From an uncultured bacterium (GTDB lineage Bacteria > Oederibacteriota > JAAXVQ01 > JAUVAV01), in contig CAVQBK010000003.1 in NCBI GenBank assembly GCA_963710755.1, forward strand, positions 128,001 to 192,000: a DNA stretch of 64,000 nt. Reading direction: 5' to 3'. The notes below the pieces were generated by a model that was given only the letters and a program-made list of their open reading frames with translations, did not search any database and was not told the DNA's origin. A program made the position numbers and the translations under genes. This document shows positions 10,401-19,142 of the stretch, piece by piece. Position 1 is the stretch's first letter. Each line of letters begins with the position of its first letter.

Positions 10401-12969
10401 GAGAAGCAAAGGAGGTCACGCCCTGTTCCAGGCTTTGCAAGTCAAGAATATAGGTACCCGTGTTGGTGAATGTCACCGCGACCTCACGGTAGCCCTGATT
10501 AAAGGTCGTGGTGAGCGGGCAGGGCTGGCCGTTGAGCTGACAATGTTGCGGCGCATTGGTGCTGATGGTAAGGCCGCTGTCCACATGGGATACTTGATTA
10601 AAATATTGATCCGTGGCGTAAAGATTAGCCGTAAAAGCCACATCAATCTGATGCGATAGCGGTAAGCCCGCATAGCCCGTGCCCGAGAATTGGGCCTGCC
10701 CAACAGCATCGGCACCGGGCCGATAGTTCATGCCGGGCATAATGGCCAAAACCTTTTGGTAATGGTCAGGGCTGACCGTGATTAATGCGCTTTGCCCGGT
10801 GACGCCTTGGGCCGCTGCAGGCAGGTCATGGGGGTTGGTGGAAACAAAAAAGGCAGTCTGGGAAGTGGTGGTGGCGCGATAAATCCGGGTATGCAAGGTT
10901 ACGCTTCCTCCGGTAAACCCTTGACCAATAATCCAAGCGGCCGTGGAGGAATCGGCCGTATAATCCGGACGGCCTTCGGCTACGTAAAGCACGCTCTCGG
11001 TGGGCCGCAGATAATCCATCCCCGGCAAAGTAAGATAAATGGGATTATCGTATTCCAGGTAAGGGTTGTTGTAACAATCCTGCGCTTGAACAAGAGTTTC
11101 ATAAGACAAGCCGGCTGTCATGACCGTCGTCGTAGAGATGGCAAAGTGATCAAGGGTGGGATGATGCTGCACTGTAAAAGCTGTTGATTCTCCGTTAAGG
11201 GTAACATCATCGCCACTGGCGATGATCTTTTGTTGCTGGTTGGCTCTGGTCAAGGTGAGGCTGACCGTCGCTTGACCATTGACAGCCGTGGCCGTACCGG
11301 GCGTCAATCCATCATCGGACAAGGTTGACGACAGGGTGATGTGACGGTCTCCTCCAGCAGCAGTAAGCCGGTTGCCGAAGGTATCGCAAACATAGATTGT
11401 CACCGTAACCGGCTGGCCGGCTGTAATCTGAGGAGGGGTTTCATTGCTTCTTCCCCAAATGCCGGCCACCTGTTCACCGGGGCGGAAGGTCTGGTTGGGC
11501 ATGACCACCACGTAGCGCGTCGGCAGCGCAGGATTAATATGCACATCAAAGCTGGGATCGGAACTGGAGCTCACGCCGCCGCAAGTAGCCCACAGCCGCA
11601 GGGCATCGCCTGCCCGGTAAATGCTAAAGTCCGAGACTTGCCAGGTGCCGTCGCCTTCGAATTCTTGATCTGCAATGGTATGATGGCTAAACGATGTTGG
11701 ATCAAAAGGCACGCCGCCTTGTGGTATGACCCAAAGATTGACATCGTCGGTGATGGCACCGGGCGACGTAATGAGGTTATCCCATTCATCATAGGCTTGG
11801 ATTTTCAGCGTCATGGCCTGGCCGGTCAATTGCGGTGTGTTTATGCTGTTAAAAGCAAAATGTTGGAGGGCACCATGGCGCAGCGGTATTGACAGCAGGT
11901 TGGGGGTCAAGCCACCACCAGTGACCGTCAACGTTTGCTGGCCATCCATAACTTTTCTAAGGTTGACGGTAAACCCGGCGCCGCTGTGAACCACCTGCGA
12001 CGCCGGTTGAATCGACCCGCCCCAATCGGGCGCTTCCTCATAGGCCATACTAACTTCTGCGGAAGAATTCACGATATTATAGTGATCGTCGGTGACATAA
12101 ACCGTGACCTCAAAGGGATGATTGACAGTGATCGGTGAAATGACACCAGACCGGCCACTACCAGAGGAAGAGGATCCACAAAGCAATTGCTGATCGGCGT
12201 GGATAATCATGAGGCGGCTGGCCACGCCCGGCAGAACAGTGATGGCCTGCGACTGGTTCTGCGTAATGGTTTTGGGGTCGGGCGCCATATTTCTGGCCTG
12301 CAAATAAATCGGACTGCCGGCATAAAGCAACTGAACCGTGGCCGTGGCTTGTCCATCATGAAACTGGACATGCGAAGCCACCATCCGGTCCGCGCCGTTT
12401 ACCCCGCCGCCGATGGCTACCAAGTCAACTTGTCCTTGATAAGGGATCGGATTCGTCCCATCGGTGGCATGAAGGGTAATGGTTTTAGTTTCACCGGCCC
12501 TCCAGGTCCCGGGCAGATCAAACGTTACTTGTTTCATGACCACAACCGCCACTTCAGCCTGGCTTGAAGTGATCCCGGGCCGGGTCAGATCCGTATTAGC
12601 CACATTTAATGTTATATTCTGGTTGCTGCCTGGTGAAAGCATTACCTCAAATCCTGAATAGCCGCTTTGCAGAGCTGAGCCAAAGGTTTCATCCAAGCGA
12701 TGGGGATTATTAATAAAGGTTCCCGTACTGGCTGATAATTGAGCCAGGGCAAAACTGCTTTTATAATGATGGTTCTCATCACAAGTCACCACCTGCGGTG
12801 AGAATGCAATGCCTTGAATTTGTGATTGGGCCATGCCCGTTTTTCCTGTTCCCTCAATAAAATGCTCTCCCGGTAAAATAACCGTTAACTGGGTGTCGGC
12901 CATCATATAGGATGGAAAAAAAAGCAGTGCCAACACTAGTGTTTTCAATATCAATTTCAATTTAATCAT
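7414..12969 (-). CDS. Giant secreted surface protein (~1850 aa) of tandem Ig-like modules with a C-terminal FlgD/T9SS-type sorting-like domain
   Basis: Start set to ATG 12969 (GAGGGG RBS, signal peptide MIKLKLILKTLVLALLFF); recurring 'xPG..xPG..G..AG..FxVxV..DxxxN' modules; tail 'VYPNP...IDYFL...LSLYTLMGDLV...VIWEGKN...VANGGY...FKIGV'. Confidence 0.85.
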   Translation of the reverse strand: MIKLKLILKTLVLALLFFPSYMMADTQLTVILPGEHFIEGTGKTGMAQSQIQGIAFSPQVVTCDENHHYKSSFALAQLSASTGTFINNPHRLDETFGSALQSGYSGFEVMLSPGSNQNITLNVANTDLTRPGITSSQAEVAVVVMKQVTFDLPGTWRAGETKTITLHATDGTNPIPYQGQVDLVAIGGGVNGADRMVASHVQFHDGQATATVQLLYAGSPIYLQARNMAPDPKTITQNQSQAITVLPGVASRLMIIHADQQLLCGSSSSGSGRSGVISPITVNHPFEVTVYVTDDHYNIVNSSAEVSMAYEEAPDWGGSIQPASQVVHSGAGFTVNLRKVMDGQQTLTVTGGGLTPNLLSIPLRHGALQHFAFNSINTPQLTGQAMTLKIQAYDEWDNLITSPGAITDDVNLWVIPQGGVPFDPTSFSHHTIADQEFEGDGTWQVSDFSIYRAGDALRLWATCGGVSSSSDPSFDVHINPALPTRYVVVMPNQTFRPGEQVAGIWGRSNETPPQITAGQPVTVTIYVCDTFGNRLTAAGGDRHITLSSTLSDDGLTPGTATAVNGQATVSLTLTRANQQQKIIASGDDVTLNGESTAFTVQHHPTLDHFAISTTTVMTAGLSYETLVQAQDCYNNPYLEYDNPIYLTLPGMDYLRPTESVLYVAEGRPDYTADSSTAAWIIGQGFTGGSVTLHTRIYRATTTSQTAFFVSTNPHDLPAAAQGVTGQSALITVSPDHYQKVLAIMPGMNYRPGADAVGQAQFSGTGYAGLPLSHQIDVAFTANLYATDQYFNQVSHVDSGLTISTNAPQHCQLNGQPCPLTTTFNQGYREVAVTFTNTGTYILDLQSLEQGVTSFASPNIEVFNISEFKLEMTGGGWDSQWTAGIAKHVKITAYRGLNEVADTFNGTVELRYSEDYPHLKTISPSRNIQFSAGVWTGDITLYRADTNGQPKFIKVALGTKDDYLSQPVNVAPAQAERLLILEPIGMTVKRGAAPDDLGDPTMRTAIEGHPHYQVAGTAISSLEFHLCDHYWNTCTDAQNQITLNSTDPRAQLLTRGNLPLTISLNNGSYIASGTNGLVLYTVNGTTGQQIGASASGFEGFTLGIQTNAVPVVHAQEPDHFQFSIPEEISHNGATAGNPFPITVTAVDAYGNTMDAVPTYNIRAFEPAGAVNLSVDTDLGGKKSVWPYLLGNLESTAWRNGSSMPWVYLYKKNAPGMKLQVDFSGIHGVSTLFYVKANQAARLVPLVPGMVSSPDLSNAGGTYSDFDKYISTPPPADADVFNNFNDQALTFVAGDPLEVRVYSCDIYGNMVKGVDQEIKLLTTDPFAPRPADQFIDPVEGYASFGDFQFRTQGLQSLSAYPVLSTDLLSGSTPEATITPGTYYGLQILAPGQIAVPGSGHQGTTWYSGVTPTNPDVQNATDYLAHAQISGNDFETVVQSVDQFGNFIDNISGNEIELQSSDHGAGAKPGYLKPIRSTMMNGRATFQCCLVSPGFMKLSPYEKDNTSIIGAEDSHTVINVIRSEDTRFHITVKGIALDQSLPPVEVAANPEVFPMRVEVRHYKTNEIVAVNQPFVMEAFLDQESPPTPGGGRLNITNGITQWGVAEINTQSYTKAEHILIRVRTIDGAPTPAKGLSPELNVKPSQVTKLTLWADTQAYTQGNTQIYQLVANEKTTVFTRASDVNGNPVGQQEISTIILSPSSAASRLDGPMQTTTNSWGEAYQTFYAGAINARHVIESRVGEVTGTLLMDVTVTPDGGVYPNPCAPRQGRPAHIDYFLRQDAHVKLSLYTLMGDLVWSKEIPAGDPNGGHAGVNTVIWEGKNLKGVHVANGGYICAIYPDQQQPIRFKIGVLNQ

Positions 12970-13332
12970 GACATCATCACCCCTCAGACTTTTTCGACCG
13001 GGCTGGCGGTTCACTGTTTGCATGGCAGTGGCATTGGGTCACCTCCATAGCCTTCTTCATGGTCAGCCAATCCAATCAAAGGATTGCCGACGCTGAGCCC
13101 ACCTGTCACCTCCTACCAAGAGTGTACGCCAAAGGAAAAAACAAGCTTTCAATGTCTGGTCACAGAGGGGTCACAAGATTGTCAAAAAATAATCGATGAG
13201 ATGTCATTGCGATGAGGAGCGGATTAAACGAAAGGGAGGAACCATGGATATTAATGCCCGGCCCCATGTCAAAATGGGTTCTAACCGGTCAGGCCTATAA
13301 GGACAATGACCATATAGTTCTGCGGGAAAATG

Positions 13333-13881
13333 CTAAAGAGATGGCTGCAGGGTTTTGTGAATCTTGGTGATGTCATAGCCGTGCCCGGCAATGCGCTGCA
13401 AGAGCGTTTGATAAAGGCTTTCATCCATGCTTGGCGCGCGGGACAAAATCCATAAAAATTTCCGGTTTGGGCTGCCCACCACGGCATAGCGGTAATCAGG
13501 ATCGAGCTCAATGATCCAATAATCCCCGGCAAACCATAAAAAGAAACTGACCTTAAGCTTGGAGGCGTCCTTGCCGTCCGCAATCCAGGCCCGGCCTTCG
13601 ATTTTATTCAAGGGGCCGTCCAACGTCTTTTTCCGGCATTGGTTCACGACCTTAATTTTTCCATCGGGCCGCAACGCATAGGTGGCCGTCACCGCTGTAC
13701 AGTCTTTTTCAAACCAGGCCGGAATGGTGGCGATTTCATACCAGGTACCCAGGTATTTTCGAAGATCCACGTTGGACACGGTTTTTAACGGCGGATTGGC
13801 AGGCACATGCGTGCACGCTCCCAAAAACACGATCCCTAAAACCGCGGCCAATTTGCCAAGGCATTGGTGAAGTCCCGTCAT
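13333..13881 (-). CDS. blc: Bacterial lipocalin (Blc-like) lipoprotein
   Basis: Lipobox LGAC; 'KYLGTWYEIA', 'LKVSFF...GDYWIIELDPDYRYAVVG...LWILSR'. Confidence 0.92.
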   Translation of the reverse strand: MTGLHQCLGKLAAVLGIVFLGACTHVPANPPLKTVSNVDLRKYLGTWYEIATIPAWFEKDCTAVTATYALRPDGKIKVVNQCRKKTLDGPLNKIEGRAWIADGKDASKLKVSFFLWFAGDYWIIELDPDYRYAVVGSPNRKFLWILSRAPSMDESLYQTLLQRIAGHGYDITKIHKTLQPSL

Positions 13882-14064
13882 GGGTACGCCTCTTTCTGAC
13901 CTTTACTTGGCCATTATCAGGATACCCGCAAGAGCTTAAAGTACATTTTAACGCCATGATATCGAGGATGATGCAATCTATACAGAATAATTAATAGCTG
14001 GCACCATTTAATCCCCATAGACTTCGAAGCGTCTTGACGGTGTGTCTGTTTTGTCAGGACAAGA

Positions 14065-14544
14065 TCACGGGTACTGATTTTGAGTCTTTTGCGGAGAGTG
14101 GTGTTCCTCATCCATGGCCTTGACTTTAGCCACCCGCCGTTCATGCCGGGGAGCATGAGAGAAGTGGGCGTTTAAAAAAGCCCTGACGATTTCCTTGGCT
14201 GCTTCACTGCCAATCACCCTGCTGCCCAGGCAGAGCACATTCATGTCATCATGCTCCACGCCCTGGCGGGCGCTATAGGTGTCATGACAGACCGCGGCCC
14301 GGATGCCTTTCATTTTGTTGGCTGCGATCGAGGCGCCCACCCCGCTGCCGCAAATGAGAATACCTTTGTCAGCCTGCTGTGCCTGCAGCACTTGACCCAA
14401 CGCCCGGGCAATATCAGGATAGTCCACAGGTTGCTGATCATAGGTCCCGATATCCTTAAGCTCACACCCCTGCCGGGTTAACTCGGTGGACAACACTGTT
14501 TTTAAATTCAGGCCCGCATGATCCGCACCTAGTACAATGGTCAT
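14065..14544 (-). CDS. rpiB: Ribose-5-phosphate isomerase B
   Basis: GADHAG, VDYPD, CGSGVG, ANK, HDDMNVLCLGSR and RHERRV motifs. Confidence 0.96.
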   Translation of the reverse strand: MTIVLGADHAGLNLKTVLSTELTRQGCELKDIGTYDQQPVDYPDIARALGQVLQAQQADKGILICGSGVGASIAANKMKGIRAAVCHDTYSARQGVEHDDMNVLCLGSRVIGSEAAKEIVRAFLNAHFSHAPRHERRVAKVKAMDEEHHSPQKTQNQYP

Positions 14545-14588
14545 AATTTACCTCGTTTCCCAAGACACTTTAGCGGCTGGATATTGCT

Positions 14589-16586
14589 TCAGGGCTGCAA
14601 CCGTTCTTTGATTTTAGCCACAATCACAGGAGCATCAAACCCGTATTCTTTCATTACCCTGGTCCCGGGGGCAGAGGCCCCAAAGTGGTCAAGGCCGATG
14701 ATCAGCCCGTCCTGGCCTACATACTTGCCCCAGCCCAGGGTGGCCCCGGCCTCAATCGCCACTTTTAGTTGGAATGGCCCCTTTAGAATGCTGTCCTGGT
14801 ACGCCTGCGGCTGTTCGGCCAACACCTCCCAGGAGAGCAGGGATACCACCCGGCTGCCGAGGCCTGCTTCTGCTAAAATCTTTTGTACCTCAAGCGCCAG
14901 AGACACTTCTGAACCTGTGGCCAGCAATAAGATGTCGGGCTTGGGCCCTTTTTCAGCCAGTACATAGCCGCCCAGATGCGCCTTATCTTTGATGGGATAA
15001 ATCGTGGTGTCCAGCACCGTCAGGTTTTGACGGGTCAGCACCAAGGCTGCTGGCTTGCGGCGCTCCATAATCAGCTGCCAGGCCATCGTAGTCTCATTGG
15101 CATCAGCCGGTCTAAAGACGGTTAAATTGGGAATGGCCCGCAGGGCCATGAGCTGTTCCACCGGCTGATGGGTGGGCCCGTCTTCTCCGAGGCCAATACT
15201 GTCATGGGTGAAAATAAAGGTGGACGGAATATCCATCAAGGCTGCCAGGCGGATAGCCGGCCGCATGTAATCGGAAAAAATCAAAAAGGTGGCGCCATAA
15301 GGCCGCAGCAACCCACTCAAGGCCATGCCATTGACAATAGCCCCCATGGCATGCTCCCGCACACCAAAATGAAAGTTGGGGCATCCGTAATGGTCACTGG
15401 CAAATTCGCAATAACCCTTTAACTGCGTCCCTGTCGACGGGGCCAGGTCGGCCGATCCCCCAATGAGCAGGGGTACATGGCTGATCATGGCGTTAAGTAC
15501 ACGGCCTGAAGCTTTGCGGGTAGCCAGCTTCTCTCCCGGGCTGAAGGTGGGCATAAAGTCAGACCAATCATAATCCCAGCGCCGGGCCAGAAGCCGGCTC
15601 AGTTCCTGGGCTGGTTCAGGATATTGTTTCTCATAGGCTGCCCACAACTGTTGCCAGTCCTGTTCCAAATCCGCGCCTTTGGATTGTAATTGCCCAAAAT
15701 AATCTTTCACTTCTGTGGGGATATAAAACGTTTTGTCCGAAGGAAATCCAAAAAACGCCTTGGCTGCTTTTAACTCCTCTTCCCCTAACGGTTCCCCGTG
15801 CGCCTGCGCCGTATCCTGTTTGTGAGGACTGCCATAGCCTATATGCGTTTTGGCCTTGATCAGGGTTGGTTTGGAATTTTCGGCCTGGCCCAGCTGCAAG
15901 GCAGAGGCCACTGCCTGCACATCATTGCCGTCAATCTCGAGCACTTGCCAGCCATACGCTTCAAAGCGGGTTTTAACGCTCTCCGTGAAAGCCAGGGTGG
16001 TGGTGCCTTCTATGGAGATCTGGTTGTCATCATAAAAGAAAATCAGTTTGCTCAATTTAAGATGGCCGGCAATGGAAGCCGCTTCCGAAGACACCCCTTC
16101 CATCAGATCACCGTCACTGCAGATACCGTAAACATGGTAATCAATCACCGGCAAGCCGGGACGATTGTAATGCTCCGCCAGGTAGCGCTCGGCCATGGCC
16201 ATGCCCACGGCCGTGGCAAACCCTTGCCCCAATGGCCCGGTGGTGGTCTCCACCCCCGGGGTTAAGCCGTATTCCGGATGACCTGGGGTGCGGCTGTCCC
16301 ATTGCCGGAAGGCCTGCAGGTCTTCCAAGCTCAGATCATAACCGGTTAAATGGAGCATGCTGTAAAGCAAAGCCGAGCCATGGCCTGCGGAGAGCACAAA
16401 GCGGTCGCGGTTAAGCCACTGTGGATTGGCCGGATTATAACGCATCACCTGGGTCCATAACACATAAGCCATGGCCGCTGCCCCCATAGGCATGCCCGGA
16501 TGGCCTGACTTGGCTTTTTCCACCATATCGGCGCTTAATAAGCGGATGGTGTTGATATACAATGATTCCAAAGGCGGTTTACTCAT
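14589..16586 (-). CDS. tkt: Transketolase
   Basis: SGHPGMPMG, RDRFVLSAGHGS, GDLMEG, HFGVREHAM, THDSIGLGEDGPTHQP. Confidence 0.98.
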   Translation of the reverse strand: MSKPPLESLYINTIRLLSADMVEKAKSGHPGMPMGAAAMAYVLWTQVMRYNPANPQWLNRDRFVLSAGHGSALLYSMLHLTGYDLSLEDLQAFRQWDSRTPGHPEYGLTPGVETTTGPLGQGFATAVGMAMAERYLAEHYNRPGLPVIDYHVYGICSDGDLMEGVSSEAASIAGHLKLSKLIFFYDDNQISIEGTTTLAFTESVKTRFEAYGWQVLEIDGNDVQAVASALQLGQAENSKPTLIKAKTHIGYGSPHKQDTAQAHGEPLGEEELKAAKAFFGFPSDKTFYIPTEVKDYFGQLQSKGADLEQDWQQLWAAYEKQYPEPAQELSRLLARRWDYDWSDFMPTFSPGEKLATRKASGRVLNAMISHVPLLIGGSADLAPSTGTQLKGYCEFASDHYGCPNFHFGVREHAMGAIVNGMALSGLLRPYGATFLIFSDYMRPAIRLAALMDIPSTFIFTHDSIGLGEDGPTHQPVEQLMALRAIPNLTVFRPADANETTMAWQLIMERRKPAALVLTRQNLTVLDTTIYPIKDKAHLGGYVLAEKGPKPDILLLATGSEVSLALEVQKILAEAGLGSRVVSLLSWEVLAEQPQAYQDSILKGPFQLKVAIEAGATLGWGKYVGQDGLIIGLDHFGASAPGTRVMKEYGFDAPVIVAKIKERLQP

Positions 16587-16649
16587 GGTATCGTTCCTTT
16601 CGTCTGTGCTTACTGGTGCCTGATCTTTAGACTCTTTTTGACTCCGCTT

Positions 16650-18170
16650 TTAAGCTCTTTTCCAGTGCAGCCAATATTGAAACAGTTTTTTGATTAGCGG
16701 CGTTAACTGGGTGCGCTTGTACAATCCAGCCACCTGCTTAAGGGCATCTGCCTGGGTGGGATATGGATGGATCACCTCATACAACCGTCCCAGACCCAGG
16801 TTGGCCGCCATGGCCACGGAGACTTCACTGATCATGTCCCCCGCATGACTGGCCACGATAGTGGCGCCCACCATCCGGTCCGTGCCTTTTTTTACATGAA
16901 TTTTAATAAACCCCTGAGCCTGGCCATCCAAGCGCGCGCGATCCACCTCTTTTAAGTCGCGCTTAAAAGTCTCAATGCCCTTACCCTGCTGAGTGGCTTC
17001 CTGCAGCGTCAAGCCCACCTGCGCCAGCTCCGGGGCCGTATACACCGCTCGGGGAATGGTCAGGCGACTGAAGCGTTTCTTGCCTCCAAAGAGGCTATTC
17101 TGAATAACCAATTTGGCCGAAGCCTCGGCCGCATGGGTTAATTTATGAGGCAGACAGCAGTCACCGGCCGCAAAAATGGCGCGATTGCTGGTTTGCAGGA
17201 AATCATTGACCACAATGCCCCGGCGAAGGTCATAGTCCACACCAGCCTTTTCCAGACCCAACCCTGTCACTGTGGGCTGACGGCCGACACCTGCCAGGAT
17301 GGCGTCAACGGTCAGATTCTTTTCCTGATTTTGAGACTTAAAGGTTACTATTTTCTCAGCGCCCTTTTTCTCGGCCTTGATAATCTCCGCGTTGAATTCC
17401 ATGGTCATGCCCTCTTCCCTGAAACGCTGCTCCAACAGTTGGGCGGACTCATGGTCTTCATGCTCCAGCAGCCGGTCATGGCGATGCAGTAAGGTCACCT
17501 TGCTGCCTAGACGCAAAAAGGCTTGGCCCAGCTCGCAGCCTATAGGCCCGGCCCCGATCACGGCCAGACGGGCAGGCAACTGGGTCAGATTGAAGATGGT
17601 CTCATTGGTCAGGATGTCTTCTTCCTCCAGACCGGAAATTGTCGGCACTTTCGGCCTGGTGCCCGTGGCAAGGACCGCCTTTTTAAACCGCAATCGCTGT
17701 CCCCCCACCTCCACCTCCCGGGGACCGGTGAATTGACCGTGTCCGAGAAAAACATCCACCCCCAGGGTTTGATAGCGCTGGGCTGAATCGATGACACTCA
17801 GTTGACTGCGCAGAGCGCGCAGCCTGGTCATGACCGCAGGAAAATCCACACTGCTGGAGCTGACTCTAATCCCCAGACAGCCGGCTTGCGCCACATCCTC
17901 GGCACGCCGGGCTGAGGCGATCAAGGCTTTGGAAGGCACACAGCCCACATTCAGGCAATCACCGCCCATCAGCTGTTCTTCAATTAAAGCCACCTTGGCC
18001 CCCAGGCCGACAGCGCCAATAGCTGTGATCAGCCCGGCTGTACCGGCGCCCATGACCACTATATTGTAGGTTCCTTGGGGTTTTGGGTTCTTCCAATGCT
18101 GCGGGTGCCCGTGTTCCCGCAAGGTTTGATTATAACTATCCAGTGGGGAGAGATGACTGATAACACTCAT
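16650..18170 (-). CDS. FAD-dependent pyridine nucleotide-disulfide oxidoreductase (mercuric-reductase/LpdA-like, not true MerA)
   Basis: GAGTAG, redox motif GGDCLNVGCVPSK, GAGPIG, HPYPT; no C-terminal CC pair; start set to ATG 18170 (GGAGG RBS, ATGA overlap with upstream stop). Confidence 0.88.
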   Translation of the reverse strand: MSVISHLSPLDSYNQTLREHGHPQHWKNPKPQGTYNIVVMGAGTAGLITAIGAVGLGAKVALIEEQLMGGDCLNVGCVPSKALIASARRAEDVAQAGCLGIRVSSSSVDFPAVMTRLRALRSQLSVIDSAQRYQTLGVDVFLGHGQFTGPREVEVGGQRLRFKKAVLATGTRPKVPTISGLEEEDILTNETIFNLTQLPARLAVIGAGPIGCELGQAFLRLGSKVTLLHRHDRLLEHEDHESAQLLEQRFREEGMTMEFNAEIIKAEKKGAEKIVTFKSQNQEKNLTVDAILAGVGRQPTVTGLGLEKAGVDYDLRRGIVVNDFLQTSNRAIFAAGDCCLPHKLTHAAEASAKLVIQNSLFGGKKRFSRLTIPRAVYTAPELAQVGLTLQEATQQGKGIETFKRDLKEVDRARLDGQAQGFIKIHVKKGTDRMVGATIVASHAGDMISEVSVAMAANLGLGRLYEVIHPYPTQADALKQVAGLYKRTQLTPLIKKLFQYWLHWKRA

Positions 18171-19015
18171 GGTGTTATCACCTCCGAGCTTTCTTTGAGA
18201 CTTTTTTGAGCGATCCTGGTTATCATGAACACCGCCGCGGCGGTCGCGGCCAAACCAATCCAAAAAATAACATTTTGTGCCGGACTTTGAACCCGCGCGT
18301 GCCCGGTGGCAATGGCCGTTAAGGAACGGGCGGCCGTGCCCAGGTAAACATACATGACCGAACCGGGCAGCATGCCCAAGGCCGTAGCCCAAAAATAACG
18401 CCAAAAACTAACTTTGGTTATCCCCAGGGCATAATTCATAAGGCTGAAAGGAAAAAGAGGACTTAAGCGGAGGAAAAAAATTAACCGGAATCCTTGGCGG
18501 CCAATGGCTTGATCCACTTTGGTAAAGGTAGGATTGGCACTGATTTTTCTGGAAATCCATCCCCTGGCTAGGGTCCGGCCTGTCAGGAAGGCCGCGGACG
18601 CACCGGTAATCGCGCCCACAAATACGATCACGGTTCCCCACCCCAGGCCGTAGAGAAATCCTGCACTCACCGTAATAATCCACACCGGCGAAAACAACAA
18701 ACAGCCCAGAATGTATAGGGCGATCAACACCACGGCTCCTGTCGGCCCCAGACTCTGTACCCACTGAAGTAGCCCCAGCAGGACCTTCTCCAGCGGCAAT
18801 ATCAAGGCCGCCACTACCAGTACCACCAGGCCTGCGGCCAGGCCCAAAATACGTACCAAGGTTTTGCCCTGATTGTGGAGTTTTGCCACGGGTCCTGCCT
18901 CCTTGCCTAATCGCCGAGCATGCTCCTGGGCCTGTCCCTGCACTGCTGCGGCATTAAACCTTTGGTTGCGTATGGCTCCAGACCGGACTTGTAAACGCCT
19001 ATACATCGGGCACAA
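18167..19015 (-). CDS. TVP38/TMEM64 (DedA/VTT) family membrane protein; true start uncertain
   Basis: 'GFLYGLGWGT...AAFLTGRTLAR...FFLRLSPLFPFSLMNYALG...GMLPGS'. Confidence 0.9.
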   Translation of the reverse strand: MCPMYRRLQVRSGAIRNQRFNAAAVQGQAQEHARRLGKEAGPVAKLHNQGKTLVRILGLAAGLVVLVVAALILPLEKVLLGLLQWVQSLGPTGAVVLIALYILGCLLFSPVWIITVSAGFLYGLGWGTVIVFVGAITGASAAFLTGRTLARGWISRKISANPTFTKVDQAIGRQGFRLIFFLRLSPLFPFSLMNYALGITKVSFWRYFWATALGMLPGSVMYVYLGTAARSLTAIATGHARVQSPAQNVIFWIGLAATAAAVFMITRIAQKSLKESSEVITP

Positions 19016-19100
19016 CGCACCAACCTTACAGCCAAGGCAAGGTTATTATACGCTGACTAAATAATTTTTCATTAACTTTAGGCAATTATTTCGGAAGGGT

Positions 19101-19126
19101 TCCGGCCAGGATTACTCCTGGCCGGA
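19101..19126 (-). terminator. Hairpin downstream of the RND gene
   Basis: 11-bp inverted repeat TCCGGCCAGGA/TCCTGGCCGGA; weak U-tract. Confidence 0.55.
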
Positions 19127-19142
19127 GAACATGGCGAGGGTG

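Noticed and set aside
16650-18404. Mercury resistance gene merA and the long 584-aa start
   Set aside because: No C-terminal Cys-Cys, no NmerA domain and no mer genes; the extra 78 codons overlap the TVP38 gene
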